This document shows positions 36,168 to 46,279 of a stretch of 64,000 nt of DNA, piece after piece. The stretch is from Eubacteriales bacterium (GTDB taxonomy: Bacteria > Bacillota > Clostridia > Oscillospirales > CAG-272), in contig JBMNUI010000001.1 in the NCBI GenBank assembly GCA_050946195.1, forward strand, positions 2,283 to 66,282. Direction: 5' to 3'. The notes below the pieces were generated by a model. The model saw nothing but the letters and a program-made list of their open reading frames with translations, did no database searches and was not told the origin of the DNA. Made by a program: the position numbers and the translations under genes. Numbering within the stretch: the stretch's first letter is position 1; the number at the start of each line of letters is the position of its first letter.

Positions 36168-37043
36168 ATGGCACCGAAGGAGATACAGTGGTTTCCCGGC
36201 CACATGGCCAAAACCCGCCGGATGATAAAGGAGAATCTCCGGTATATTGACGCGGTGATTGAAATTCTTGACGCCCGGATTCCCTGCAGCTCGCGCAACC
36301 CCGAGATGGAAGACCTCATCGGCAAAAAGCCCGCGCTGGTGCTTCTCAACAAATCCTCGCTGGCCGACCCCTGGCAGACCGGGCTCTGGCAAAAAGATTA
36401 CACCGGCGAAAACACGGTCTGCATCGCCACCGACTTTATCACCGGTCAGGGGCTCAACCAGATCCCCACGGTACTTCGCGAGCTTTGTGCCGAAACACTT
36501 GAGAAAAACGCCCGGCGGGGTATCAGCCGCCCGCTGCGGGCGATGGTGCTCGGTATCCCTAATGTCGGAAAGTCCACACTGATAAACAGGCTCAGCCGCA
36601 CAAAGAAGGCAAAGGTTGAGGACCGCCCGGGGGTGACTCGGGACAGGCAGTGGGTATCAACGCCGCTGGGTCTCGACCTGCTCGACATGCCAGGCCTGCT
36701 CTGGCCGAAATTCAACGACCGGCTGGTCGGCGAGAATCTGGCAATCACCGGCGCCATACGCGATACCCTGCTTGACCCTGAGGAGATTGCCATAGCTCTC
36801 ATCGCCCGGCTGCGCAGCTATTATCCGGAGCTGCTCTGCGGGCGCTTCGGGCTCGGGAAAATTGAGGATTACTCGGACATGAGCGATTTCTCCCTCATTG
36901 AAGTCATAGGAAAAAAGCGCGGATATCTTGCCGCCGGCGGCGAGGTCGACACTCTCCGCACCGCAGAGATGCTGCTCGATGAACTGCGCGAGGGGAAAAT
37001 TGGAAGAATTACACTTGATTATAAAGAGGCAAAAAATGCTTGA
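36168..37043 (+). CDS. rbgA: Ribosome biogenesis GTPase A (YlqF)
   Basis: IQWFPGHMAKTRR with circularly permuted GTPase motifs NKSSL and GIPNVGKST. Confidence 0.9.
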   Translation: MAPKEIQWFPGHMAKTRRMIKENLRYIDAVIEILDARIPCSSRNPEMEDLIGKKPALVLLNKSSLADPWQTGLWQKDYTGENTVCIATDFITGQGLNQIPTVLRELCAETLEKNARRGISRPLRAMVLGIPNVGKSTLINRLSRTKKAKVEDRPGVTRDRQWVSTPLGLDLLDMPGLLWPKFNDRLVGENLAITGAIRDTLLDPEEIAIALIARLRSYYPELLCGRFGLGKIEDYSDMSDFSLIEVIGKKRGYLAAGGEVDTLRTAEMLLDELREGKIGRITLDYKEAKNA

Positions 37044-37641
37044 CTACACGCTTGAGGCGCTGGCTGTTGAGCGCGGCTACAGGCTTGTCTGCGGAGTCGA
37101 CGAGGCCGGCCGCGGCCCGCTCTGCGGACCGGTCGTGGCGGCGGCCTGCATACTGCCGCACGGCCTTCTCATACCGGGGCTCAACGATTCAAAGCAGTTG
37201 AGCGAGAAGCGGCGCGAGGAGTTGTATTCGGTTATCACGAAAAAAGCGATTTCTTATGCGGTGGCGCTGGCGACGGTGGACGAGATAAACGAATATAATA
37301 TACTTGAGGCCACTATGCTCGCAATGCGCCGCGCCATACATAACCTTCAACAAAAGCCCGATTATGCGCTAATTGACGGTAATGTCGCCCGCGGCTTTGA
37401 CATCCCGGTCGAGTGCGTGGTGCACGGCGATTCGCTCTCCCCTTCAATAGCCGCGGCCTCGATTCTCGCCAAGGTCACCCGGGACCGGCTCTGCCTTGAG
37501 CTTGACCGCAAATACCCCGGCTACGGCATCGCCGAACATAAGGGCTACTGCACGAGGGCCCACGTAGAGGCGCTGCTGCGCCTGGGGCCGTCACCCGAGC
37601 ACCGGGTGCGCTTTATCAGGTTTCTTGACGATGCGAAGTAA
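37036..37641 (+). CDS. rnhB: Ribonuclease HII
   Basis: GVDEAGRGPLCGPVVAAA. Start at ATG 37036 (SD AAGAGG), overlapping the rbgA end. Confidence 0.9.
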   Translation: MLDYTLEALAVERGYRLVCGVDEAGRGPLCGPVVAAACILPHGLLIPGLNDSKQLSEKRREELYSVITKKAISYAVALATVDEINEYNILEATMLAMRRAIHNLQQKPDYALIDGNVARGFDIPVECVVHGDSLSPSIAAASILAKVTRDRLCLELDRKYPGYGIAEHKGYCTRAHVEALLRLGPSPEHRVRFIRFLDDAK

Positions 37642-38035
37642 AGGGATCAGCACAACAGTATCCGGGCACCACGGCGAGCGTGCCGCGGCCGATTATCTAA
37701 TCAAAAAAGGCTTTCGGATACTTGAGATGAACTACCGCAGCTCGCACCTGGAGATAGACATTATCGCCGAGGACGACGTGCGGTTGATTTTCGTCGAGGT
37801 CAAGTCGCGTACAGCCTGCCCCGAAAACCCCGGCAGGTTCGGCCGGCCGGGCATGGCGGTAACATATAAGAAACGGGCGCATCTGGTTGCGGCGGCACAG
37901 AGCTACCTGCGCACCCAAAGACCCGGAAAGCGCGTCCGGCTTGACGTCATTGAGGTCTATTTCAAGCCCACAGAATCCGGCCTGCCCGAAATAGCCAAAA
38001 TAAAGCATATCGAAAACGCTTTCGGAGCCAAATAA
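37631..38035 (+). CDS. YraN-family (UPF0102) endonuclease-like protein
   Basis: GERAAADYLIKKGFRILEMNYR...EIDIIA...IFVEVKSR. Confidence 0.8.
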   Translation: MRSKGISTTVSGHHGERAAADYLIKKGFRILEMNYRSSHLEIDIIAEDDVRLIFVEVKSRTACPENPGRFGRPGMAVTYKKRAHLVAAAQSYLRTQRPGKRVRLDVIEVYFKPTESGLPEIAKIKHIENAFGAK

Positions 38036-38052
38036 ATGTCTGGGGGTACATA

Positions 38053-38988
38053 ATGAAGCTTATTGACCTGCATTGCGACACCGCAAACCGGATACACCGG
38101 AAAAATGCGATTCTGGCGAAAAACGATTTTCACATTTCGCTTGATAAAGTCACAAAATACGATAATTATGCCCAATTCACGGCATTTTATATTGAATCGC
38201 GACTATCGGATGAAGAAGGCTATCTGAAATTTTATGAAATGTACGGTTATTTTTCAGCCGAGCTGGCTGAAAATAAGGAGAGGATAGCCAAAATTACAGA
38301 CGGCCGTGAGCTCACGGCGGTCTGGGAGAGCGACCGGGCGGCGGCAGTCTTCAGCGTCGAGGATGCCAGAATCCTCGCCGGGGATATAAGCCGGCTCGAC
38401 ACGCTATACAGGAAGGGTGTCCGCTCGCTGGTGCTGCTTTGGGGAGGCGAGACCATTATCGGCGGCTCGCACAACACCGATGTGGGTCTTACCGATTTCG
38501 GTCGCCGGGTGATGCTCCGCTGCTTTGAGCTCGGCATCATCCCCGACGTCTCGCACGCCTCCGAGCGGTCTGCCGACGAGATGATTGAAATAGCCCGGAC
38601 CTGCAGCAAACCTGTAATCGCCTCTCACTCAAATTCATATGCGGTCTACCCGCACAGCCGGAACCTGCGCGACAGGCATTTTTCGGCGATACGCGAGCTC
38701 GGCGGGCTTGCGGGCATCAGCCTCTGCCGCTCGCACCTTGCCCCCGGCAAAGGAGCGAATGCCGACGATGTCCTGCGCCACATCGAGCATTATCTCTCGC
38801 TCGGCGGCGAGGACACAGTCGCGCTGGGCTGCGATTTTGACGGCGCCGATCTCCCCGACGGTATCAGGGATATTACATACCTTGATGTAATCGCCGACCG
38901 GCTGGCAAAGGCCGGATACAGCGATGAGATAATCGAGAAAATCTTCTGGAAAAACGCAAAAAGATTCATAGAGGAGAACATCCGGTAA
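38053..38988 (+). CDS. Membrane dipeptidase (peptidase M19 family)
   Basis: LIDLHCDT, DVSHAS, ASHSN and GCDFDG motifs. Confidence 0.8.
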   Translation: MKLIDLHCDTANRIHRKNAILAKNDFHISLDKVTKYDNYAQFTAFYIESRLSDEEGYLKFYEMYGYFSAELAENKERIAKITDGRELTAVWESDRAAAVFSVEDARILAGDISRLDTLYRKGVRSLVLLWGGETIIGGSHNTDVGLTDFGRRVMLRCFELGIIPDVSHASERSADEMIEIARTCSKPVIASHSNSYAVYPHSRNLRDRHFSAIRELGGLAGISLCRSHLAPGKGANADDVLRHIEHYLSLGGEDTVALGCDFDGADLPDGIRDITYLDVIADRLAKAGYSDEIIEKIFWKNAKRFIEENIR

Positions 38989-39027
38989 AACTGAAGGAAA
39001 GTTAAAGCAAAGGAACGGACGAAAAAT

Positions 39028-40503
39028 ATGCTTTATAAGAGCACCAGAGACTCAGGTGATGCAAAGTTTACCTCTGCCGAGGTCATAAAGCGGGGTATTG
39101 CCGAAGACGGCGGGCTGTATGTCCCCGCGGAAATACCTGCTCTCGGCAGGGATGAAATAGAAAAGCTCCGCCAAATGCCCTATTCTGAGCGGGCAGTCTT
39201 CATCCTCTTAAAATTCCTCGACGATTACTCCTATGACGAGCTGCTCGCCGACTGCAAAGCCGCCTACAGCGCCGAATCCTTCCCCGGCGGCCCGGCCCCC
39301 CTCGCGAGGCTTGACGACAGGCTCTACTCACTTGAGCTCTGGCACGGGCCGACCGCGGCATTTAAGGACATGGCGCTGCAGCTCATGCCGCGGCTGCTCA
39401 CCCGCGCGCTCAAAAAAACCGGCGAGGGCAGGACAGTCCATATTCTGGTCGCCACCTCAGGAGACACCGGCAAGGCGGCGCTTGAGGGATTTAAGGATAT
39501 CGACCAGACCAGAATAACCGTATTCTACCCGGAGTGCGGCGTGAGTTTAGTCCAGAAACGGCAGATGGCCACACAAACCGGTTCGAATGTCGACGTCTGC
39601 GCGGTGCGCGGCAACTTTGACGACTGCCAGAACGGCGTCAAGCGGCTATTTTCGGACATAGAGCTTGCAGCAGAACTTGACCGGCGGGGGTATTTCCTCT
39701 CAAGCGCCAACTCAATCAACTGGGGGCGGCTTGTACCGCAGATAGTCTATTACGTCTCGGCCTATTGCGAGCTGTTGAACAGCGGCGCACTGAAGCTCGG
39801 CGAGAAATTCTGCGTCTGCGTGCCGACCGGGAATTTCGGCAACATACTTGCCGGGTATTTCGCCGGGCTGATGGGAATTCCGATAAAAAAGCTCATCTGC
39901 GCCTCAAACCTCAACAACGTGCTGACCGATTTCCTGCGGCAAGGCAGGTACGACCGTAACCGCACCTTCCACAAGACAATGTCGCCCTCGATGGATATAC
40001 TGATATCGAGCAACCTTGAGCGGCTGCTCTATTATGTCGCCGGCGCCGAAAAAACCCGGAAATATACCGCCGAGCTCGGCAAGACCGGCTGCTATCAGAT
40101 ATCGGGCGAGGAAAAAGATAAAATCTCAGAAAAATTTATCGGCTATTTTGCCGACGAGACCGAAACCCCGGCGACCATAAGCAGCATTTTTGAGAAGTAC
40201 GGCTACCTTTGTGACACGCACACCGCCGTGGCTTTTAGCTGTGCCGAAAAATACCGGCAGGAGACCGGCGATGACAGTATCATCACCGTAGTATCCACCG
40301 CAAGCCCCTATAAATTTGCAGGCGACGTATACCGAGCGCTGACCGGCAGCGACCCCGCCGGGGAATTTGAGGCCTTTGACCAGCTGCATAGCCTCACCGG
40401 CGTGCCTATTCCCTACCCGCTTGCCGGCATCGGTAGCCGGCCGGTCAGGTTCACGACTTCGGTTGACAAAGAAGAAATGAAAAAATACATTCTTGGTATG
40501 TAA
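39028..40503 (+). CDS. thrC: Threonine synthase (long form)
   Basis: MLYKSTRD..., PLP-lysine context PTAAFKDMALQ. 491 aa. Confidence 0.9.
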   Translation: MLYKSTRDSGDAKFTSAEVIKRGIAEDGGLYVPAEIPALGRDEIEKLRQMPYSERAVFILLKFLDDYSYDELLADCKAAYSAESFPGGPAPLARLDDRLYSLELWHGPTAAFKDMALQLMPRLLTRALKKTGEGRTVHILVATSGDTGKAALEGFKDIDQTRITVFYPECGVSLVQKRQMATQTGSNVDVCAVRGNFDDCQNGVKRLFSDIELAAELDRRGYFLSSANSINWGRLVPQIVYYVSAYCELLNSGALKLGEKFCVCVPTGNFGNILAGYFAGLMGIPIKKLICASNLNNVLTDFLRQGRYDRNRTFHKTMSPSMDILISSNLERLLYYVAGAEKTRKYTAELGKTGCYQISGEEKDKISEKFIGYFADETETPATISSIFEKYGYLCDTHTAVAFSCAEKYRQETGDDSIITVVSTASPYKFAGDVYRALTGSDPAGEFEAFDQLHSLTGVPIPYPLAGIGSRPVRFTTSVDKEEMKKYILGM

Positions 40504-40505
40504 AT

Positions 40506-40525
40506 GCCGGCATTTTCATGCCGGC
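40506..40525. terminator. 8-bp hairpin between convergent thrC and the DUF1540 gene
   Basis: GCCGGCAT-TTTC-ATGCCGGC with no clear U-tract on either strand. Confidence 0.35.
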
Positions 40526-40578
40526 GGGCGGCGCCTCTTGCTGCGGCTGCCGCCTTATCCTCTCCGGTTATGCCCGGC

Positions 40579-40797
40579 TTATTCGGATTTTGGTCTGAAA
40601 GTAGTGCACAGAGTTTCGGCGCTGGTCTCGGCACTCCCGGGACCGACGTTTATCTGTTCGGCGGTGCAGTAATTGCTGCTGTCATGGTAGTAGCAGTTTT
40701 TGACGTCACAGCTGATACACTTCTGTATGCCGACGTTGCTGACTTCTCGCCCCTGTCTGTGCTCCTGCCTGTTTTTCTCTTTCATTTTTATGACCAT
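40579..40797 (-). CDS. DUF1540-type small cysteine-rich protein (family typical of spore formers)
   Basis: ISCDVKNCYYHDSSNYCTAEQINV matches the C-x-V-x-N-C-x-Y-H...C-x-A-x-x-I-x-V pattern. The overlapping plus-strand ORF 40504-40932 is rejected. Confidence 0.65.
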   Translation of the reverse strand: MVIKMKEKNRQEHRQGREVSNVGIQKCISCDVKNCYYHDSSNYCTAEQINVGPGSAETSAETLCTTFRPKSE

Positions 40798-40891
40798 TCC
40801 TTTTTCTTTTTTATATCCGCTGACCGGACCTGTTTTATTATATGTAAAACCATGTCACTTATTCGAAAAGACCACGAAAGGAGCCTCTTGT

Positions 40892-41611
40892 TTGCCTGTT
40901 TTTGTGATATCCGATCTTCACCTGTCCTCTGACGCCACAAAATCCATGGAGGTTTTCGGGCCCCGCTGGCGCAATTACATGTCGCGCCTTGAACAAAACT
41001 GGAACAAGGTGGTCGGGGACGGTGACACCGTGGTAATCCCGGGCGATATTTCCTGGGCGCTGACACTTGAAGGAGCCTTGCCCGACCTTATCTTTTTGGA
41101 CCGGCTCCGCGGCAAAAAGATCATAGGCAAGGGCAATCACGACTACTGGTGGTCGACGCAGAAAAAGCTCAGGACGCTCTTTGAGAGTAATCGGATTTCC
41201 ACAATTGACATACTCTATAACAACGCTCATGTTGCCGGGGACATAGTGATATGCGGCACCCGCGGGTGGTACAACGAGCAAGCCCGGCCGCCGGCCGAAA
41301 ACCAGCCCGACTATGCCAGAATCATAAACCGCGAGGCCATCAGGTTCAGACTAAGCATAGCGGCGGCCGAGCCGCTTGCAAAGGAGTCCGGCTACCCTAT
41401 CGTAGCCTTCTTCCACTTCCCTCCCGTGTGGAATGATTTTGTCTCTCGGGAACTGGTTGATATCCTCCATGAGCATAACATAAAAAAATGCTACTATGGT
41501 CACATACACGGATATTATGGCGCGGAATCCAAGTTTGTTTTTGAAGATGTGACTTTCCAGCTTGTCTCTTCGGATTTTCTTGATTTTATGCCTGTACCTG
41601 TCAGAATTTAG
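40892..41611 (+). CDS. Metallophosphoesterase (calcineurin-like phosphohydrolase)
   Basis: ISDLHL, GDISW, GNHDYW and YGHIHG motifs. Start placed at TTG 40892, 8 nt after SD AGGAG; the longer ORF-track 5' extension overlaps the divergent gene. Confidence 0.7.
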   Translation: MPVFVISDLHLSSDATKSMEVFGPRWRNYMSRLEQNWNKVVGDGDTVVIPGDISWALTLEGALPDLIFLDRLRGKKIIGKGNHDYWWSTQKKLRTLFESNRISTIDILYNNAHVAGDIVICGTRGWYNEQARPPAENQPDYARIINREAIRFRLSIAAAEPLAKESGYPIVAFFHFPPVWNDFVSRELVDILHEHNIKKCYYGHIHGYYGAESKFVFEDVTFQLVSSDFLDFMPVPVRI

Positions 41612-41640
41612 GATCGGTTGGCCGATATTTGATAAAACTA

Positions 41641-41669
41641 TTGACAAAAGACGTATATTGATGTAAAAT
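41641..41669 (+). promoter_or_regulatory. Sigma-A-type promoter for tig
   Basis: TTGACA (41641-41646), 17-bp spacer, TAAAAT (41664-41669). Confidence 0.5.
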
Positions 41670-41709
41670 ACAGAGGTTGCAAAAATTTCTTCCGGAGGAA
41701 TTGTTCTAA

Positions 41710-43140
41710 ATGAGTTTGGTCAAAGCCGAAAAAACCGATAAGAATTTATACACCCTTGAGTTTTCGGTTGACAAGGATGCATTCGAGGCTGCAATTGAGA
41801 ATGCATACCGCAGGAAAGTTAAGAGAATCAGTATCCCGGGCTTCAGGCCGGGCAAGGCTTCGCGCAGCATAATCGAAAAGACATACGGCAAAACCTATTT
41901 TTATGACGACGCGATAAACGAAGTGCTGCCCGGCGCATATGAGGCGGCAGTAGGCGAGGCCGGTATTGAGGTAGTAAGTCGCCCCGAGATAGACGTACTC
42001 TCTACCGACAACGGAGTGCTCTTCTCTGCCAAGGTATATGTAAAGCCCGAGGTTTCGATTGAGGGATATAAGGGCATTGAGGTCGAGAAGCATGTCCACA
42101 AGACGACCGACGAGGAGGTTGACGCTGAAATCTCAATAATTCAAAGGCGCAACGCCCATGAAATCAGCATTACCGACCGCCCTGCACAGAGCGGCGATAC
42201 CGTATATATTGACTTTGAGGGATTCTGCGACGGCACCGCCTTTGAGGGCGGAAAAGCCGAGAACCGCCCGCTCACACTCGGCTCGAACACCTTCATCCCC
42301 GGATTTGAGGACCAGGTAATCGGGCAGAGAATCGGCGACGAGTTCGAGGTCAACGTGACATTCCCGGAGGATTATCATACCAAAGAGCTTGCAGGAAAGC
42401 CCGCGGTATTCAAGTGCAAGCTCAGGTCGATAACAAAAACCGAGCTCCCCGCCCTTGACGACGAATTTGCCAAGGACGTATCCGAATTCGATACCTTTGC
42501 TGAATACAGAAACGACGTCAGGGCAAAAATTCAGAAAAGACACGAGACCGAAGCCGACCGCGAGGTTGACAACGCGCTCTCTGAAGCCTTGGTAAATAAG
42601 CTTGTCGCCGACATTCCGGAACCGATGTTCGAGGCCGAGGTCGACAGCTCGGTACGTGATTATGACAACCACCTGCGCATGCAGGGACTGAGTCTTGATT
42701 TGTACCTCAAGTACACCGGGCAGACGCTTGAGGATATGCGCTCAATACTCCGTCTCGGCGCCGAAGCACAGGTAAAGCTCAGGCTCGCACTTGAGAAAAT
42801 CGCCGAGCTTGAGAGCATTACCGCTACCGAAGAAGAAATTAACGCCGAATACGAGCGGCTCCAGAAAACATATAACACCGAGCCCGAAAAGATCCGTGAA
42901 ATGGTGAGCGCCGAGGTTGTCAAGAAGGATCTGGTGCTGCAGAAGGCCATGAAATTCGTGCGCGACAACGCGGTTATCAAGGAAACCGAATGTCACTGCG
43001 ACGTCAATGACAAAACCGAAACGCAGACTGAAGCCAAATCCGAAAGTGAAGAAATGCCCTTGTACCCATTGTCGTCGAGCAGACCAGCAGGGGGGAAAGA
43101 TCCTATGATATTTTCTCAAGGCTGCTCAATGACCGGATAA
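41710..43140 (+). CDS. tig: Trigger factor (C-terminal ~50 aa extension runs into clpP)
   Basis: Ribosome-binding motif FRPGKA, FKBP-type domain ([20 protein letters not shown]). The core ends near ...[10 protein letters not shown] (about residue 425). The ORF has no stop codon until TAA at 43138-43140. Confidence 0.85.
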   Translation: MSLVKAEKTDKNLYTLEFSVDKDAFEAAIENAYRRKVKRISIPGFRPGKASRSIIEKTYGKTYFYDDAINEVLPGAYEAAVGEAGIEVVSRPEIDVLSTDNGVLFSAKVYVKPEVSIEGYKGIEVEKHVHKTTDEEVDAEISIIQRRNAHEISITDRPAQSGDTVYIDFEGFCDGTAFEGGKAENRPLTLGSNTFIPGFEDQVIGQRIGDEFEVNVTFPEDYHTKELAGKPAVFKCKLRSITKTELPALDDEFAKDVSEFDTFAEYRNDVRAKIQKRHETEADREVDNALSEALVNKLVADIPEPMFEAEVDSSVRDYDNHLRMQGLSLDLYLKYTGQTLEDMRSILRLGAEAQVKLRLALEKIAELESITATEEEINAEYERLQKTYNTEPEKIREMVSAEVVKKDLVLQKAMKFVRDNAVIKETECHCDVNDKTETQTEAKSESEEMPLYPLSSSRPAGGKDPMIFSQGCSMTG

Positions 43141-43637
43141 TATTCCTCTCGGACGAGGTCAACGACACCACGGCCTCGCTGGTTGTGGCCCAGATGCTCT
43201 TTCTTGAGGCACAGGACCCGGATAAGGACATCAACTTCTATATCAACTCCCCGGGCGGTTCTCTCACGGCCGGCATGGCGATTTACGATACCATGAATTT
43301 TGTCAAGTGCGATGTTGCCACCATCTGCGTAGGAATGGCAGCAAGTATGGGCTCATTCCTGCTCGCCGCAGGCACAAAGGGCAAGCGCTCGGCGCTGCCC
43401 AACAGCCTAATCATGATCCATCAGCCCATGGGCGGCGCAAAAGGCCAGGCAAGCGATATTAAGATTCAGGCCGAGCTGATTTTGCGCATGAGAGATAACA
43501 TCAACACTATTTTAGCAGAACGCACCGGCAAGTCGGTTGAACAGATAGCCCGCGACACGGACCGCGATTTTTATATGACCGCTGCCGAATCCAAGGAATA
43601 CGGGATTATCGATACGGTGATGACCAAACGTCCCTAA
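43054..43637 (+). CDS. clpP: ATP-dependent Clp protease proteolytic subunit; the 5' end needs a frame change relative to the only nearby ATG
   Basis: Frame 0 from 43056 encodes [51 protein letters not shown]..., catalytic Ser in GMAASMGSF and His in MIHQPMGG. The first canonical in-frame start is GTG 43185, at residue ~45 of the family. ATG 43054 is in the tig frame, offset by one nt. Confidence 0.75.
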
Positions 43638-43727
43638 CCGCTACCCACAATTTTCCTATCACATGTCCTTCTTTGTCGCGGCAGGGCTGCGGCGGAAGGC
43701 ACAGAACCCAAAGAGAGGCACTATAAA

Positions 43728-45053
43728 ATGGCTGGCGCAAACACCACCAACCGCAACAAAACAACAACTCGCTTCTGCTCGTTTTGCGGCCGTAACGAGA
43801 ATCAGGTCAATTTCCTGATTCCTTCGCCTACCGGCCTTTATATCTGCGACTTCTGCGTGGATGCCTGCGAGGAGCTGATTTACAACAGTCTGCCGCAGGA
43901 AAAGGATATCGGCTCGCTCACACTTGAAGCACTTCCCCGCCCCAAGGATATAAAACAAACCCTTGACCAGTATGTCATCGGTCAGGACAGGGCCAAAATT
44001 GCCTTGTCGGTGGCTGTTTACAACCACTACAAGCGGGTACTCAGCTCTGACCTCAGCAAGCGGGGGCGGCGGCGCTTACAGCGGCAACGGGCGCAGGAAA
44101 AAGCAGACGACGAGAGTGAAATCGAGCTTCAGAAAAGCAATGTCCTCTTGATAGGACCTACCGGCGTCGGCAAGACTTATCTGGCACAGACGCTTGCCAA
44201 GACCCTGAAGGTTCCCTTTGCCATTGCCGATGCCACGACACTCACCGAGGCGGGATATGTCGGCGAGGACGTCGAGAATATTCTTCTGCGCCTGATTCAG
44301 GCTGCCGATTACGACATCGAGCTTGCCGAACGCGGAATCATCTATATCGACGAAATCGACAAAATATCGCGCAAGAGCGAAAACCCCTCTATTACCCGCG
44401 ACGTCTCGGGCGAGGGTGTCCAGCAGGCCCTTTTGAAAATCCTTGAGGGCACGATATCAAACGTTCCCCCGCAGGGCGGCCGGAAGCACCCTAATCAGGA
44501 ATTCATTCAGATAAACACCGAAAACATCCTATTTATATGCGGCGGTGCCTTTGACGGGCTTGACAAAATCATCGAGCGTCGCCGCGGCAACAACACGGTC
44601 GGGTTTCTCGGTGAAATTAAGAACAAGGAAGAAAAGCGCGCAAACGGCATCCTCAGGGATATTATCCCCCATGACCTGATTAAGTACGGCCTTATCCCCG
44701 AGCTTGTCGGGCGCCTGCCGATAATCGTCACGCTTGACGAGCTCGACAACGACGCGCTTGTAAAGATCATCAGCGAGCCGAAAAACTCACTGCTCCGCCA
44801 GTATATAAAGCTCTTCCAGATGGACGGGGTCGAACTCCATTTCGACGAAGCGGCGCTGAGAGCAATCGCCGACCTTGCGATATCACGCAACACCGGCGCA
44901 CGCGGTCTGCGCTCGATAATGGAGGGAATTATGACCGAGCTCATGTTTGAAATACCGAGCCGGCGGGATGTCGAGTCGGTCCGCATTACCGAAGGCTGTG
45001 TGAGGGGCACCGAAAAACCAATCGTGACCTTCAGAAGCGCGAATGCGGGGTAG
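43728..45053 (+). CDS. clpX: ATP-dependent Clp protease ATP-binding subunit ClpX
   Basis: N-terminal zinc ribbon CSFCGR...CDFC, Walker [17 protein letters not shown]. Confidence 0.95.
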   Translation: MAGANTTNRNKTTTRFCSFCGRNENQVNFLIPSPTGLYICDFCVDACEELIYNSLPQEKDIGSLTLEALPRPKDIKQTLDQYVIGQDRAKIALSVAVYNHYKRVLSSDLSKRGRRRLQRQRAQEKADDESEIELQKSNVLLIGPTGVGKTYLAQTLAKTLKVPFAIADATTLTEAGYVGEDVENILLRLIQAADYDIELAERGIIYIDEIDKISRKSENPSITRDVSGEGVQQALLKILEGTISNVPPQGGRKHPNQEFIQINTENILFICGGAFDGLDKIIERRRGNNTVGFLGEIKNKEEKRANGILRDIIPHDLIKYGLIPELVGRLPIIVTLDELDNDALVKIISEPKNSLLRQYIKLFQMDGVELHFDEAALRAIADLAISRNTGARGLRSIMEGIMTELMFEIPSRRDVESVRITEGCVRGTEKPIVTFRSANAG

Positions 45054-45099
45054 TAGGAACAAACGATTTAAACGTTAAAGCATAAAGCACAATCGGCGA

Positions 45100-45148
45100 C
45101 CGGATATCCGAAGCTCTGAGGCTAGGATATCCGGCCGCCGGTTTTTTT
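45100..45148 (+). terminator. Rho-independent terminator after clpX
   Basis: CCGGATATCC (45100-45109) / GGATATCCGG (45125-45134), then CCGCCGGTTTTTTT. Confidence 0.75.
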
Positions 45149-45168
45149 GTCTGTTACTTTTTTACCTC

Positions 45169-45999
45169 TTAGTTTCCGCATCTCTTATCGATGCTGCCGG
45201 GAATCATCATGGGCGGGCTGAACTCGCTTATCGGGAATGCCATCTTTCTGAACAGGCTGCAGGGGTCATCCTGTGCCGCCTCAACGCACTCCTTGTCGGG
45301 CACCGTGTATTCGGTCGCATTGATGAGGAACTGGTCCGGCCGGACAATCCTGACAATCGAGAAGATTCCGAGGGTCACGGCAAGATACTTCTCGCGTTTG
45401 CTGTCGTCGCTGAGATTACCGCTCAGCCGGTAGGTAACCGCTTCGGGGATGTCGCAGGCACAGCAGCAGCAATAACATTTACGCTCGTCGCAGGGGTCAA
45501 TCACCTTGGTCTCAAGCACCACTGGGTCGACCACTTCGACAACCGCGCTGGGCACATTCTTGACGCAGCAAATCGGGTCGGGGTTATGACAATAATCATT
45601 CGGGTCGGAATTGCTCTTGAAGATGCAGACATTGCTCTCGCTGCCGTAGAGGACCACCTTCTTTTCAACTACGGCTACCCCGTCGAATTCCTGTGCCTTC
45701 CCTCCGATGCAAGCCTCACATACCAGCTTGATGTAGAACCTGATTGTGACGGTGTAGAACCCGCGGTTGAAGAGTACCGGCTCGATGTTTATGTAGGTCC
45801 ATGCTATACACGCGCTTTTTGTTCTCACTACCGACGTGCGCTCTATGATATCATTTCCGAAATCGGTGAGTATTACCCGGACATTCTCGAAGCAATCGCG
45901 GTCACGGCATGAGTCAAGGATTCTGTTTGTCTCGATGCAAACCATTTCCCTGCCGGACGAACCACCCGGACATCCGCATGAAAATCGATTTTCTGCCAT
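45169..45999 (-). CDS. Cysteine-rich protein of unknown function (22 Cys in 276 aa)
   Basis: Strong SD GGAGG 11 nt before the ATG. Cys clusters FSCGCPG, DSCRDRDC, PICC and KCYCCCCACD. No signal peptide or TM segment. No family recognised. Confidence 0.6.
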   Translation of the reverse strand: MAENRFSCGCPGGSSGREMVCIETNRILDSCRDRDCFENVRVILTDFGNDIIERTSVVRTKSACIAWTYINIEPVLFNRGFYTVTIRFYIKLVCEACIGGKAQEFDGVAVVEKKVVLYGSESNVCIFKSNSDPNDYCHNPDPICCVKNVPSAVVEVVDPVVLETKVIDPCDERKCYCCCCACDIPEAVTYRLSGNLSDDSKREKYLAVTLGIFSIVRIVRPDQFLINATEYTVPDKECVEAAQDDPCSLFRKMAFPISEFSPPMMIPGSIDKRCGN

Positions 46000-46228
46000 T
46001 ATTTCTGTAACCTCCAGTTTTTGTGCGGAGATAATTCAATCTCCTATAATATGTTATGCGTTTTTCTGAAATTTGACATTGCTCGGGGATTTTATTTGTT
46101 TTTTTACATGCAGAATCGGCGTCCGGGGACCTAAAATTGAGCTTTTCCGGCGGAGGACTGTCCTGACACCGCGCGGGAGCGGGCTTTGCGAGTGTCCAGC
46201 GGCCTTTTTTGGCGATGGCGAAGCCCCA

Positions 46229-46263
46229 CAAAAAAGAGAGAAGCCTCATGTTAGAAGCTTCTC
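46229..46263 (-). terminator. Rho-independent terminator after the FAD oxidoreductase gene
   Basis: On the minus strand: GAGAAGC-loop-GCTTCTC followed by TCTTTTTTGT. Confidence 0.6.
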
Positions 46264-46279
46264 CCAAAATCGCGCTCTA

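Noticed and set aside
40504-40932. 142-aa plus-strand ORF between thrC and the metallophosphoesterase gene
   Set aside because: It overlaps the minus-strand DUF1540 gene, which carries a recognisable Cys motif and an SD. The plus-strand product is low-complexity and hydrophobic. Its 3' part merely extends the phosphoesterase ORF upstream of the real TTG/SD start.
43980-44130. Basic insertion in ClpX ([22 protein letters not shown]) upstream of Walker A
   Set aside because: This linker is variable in length among ClpX proteins. All functional motifs are intact, so it is not considered significant.
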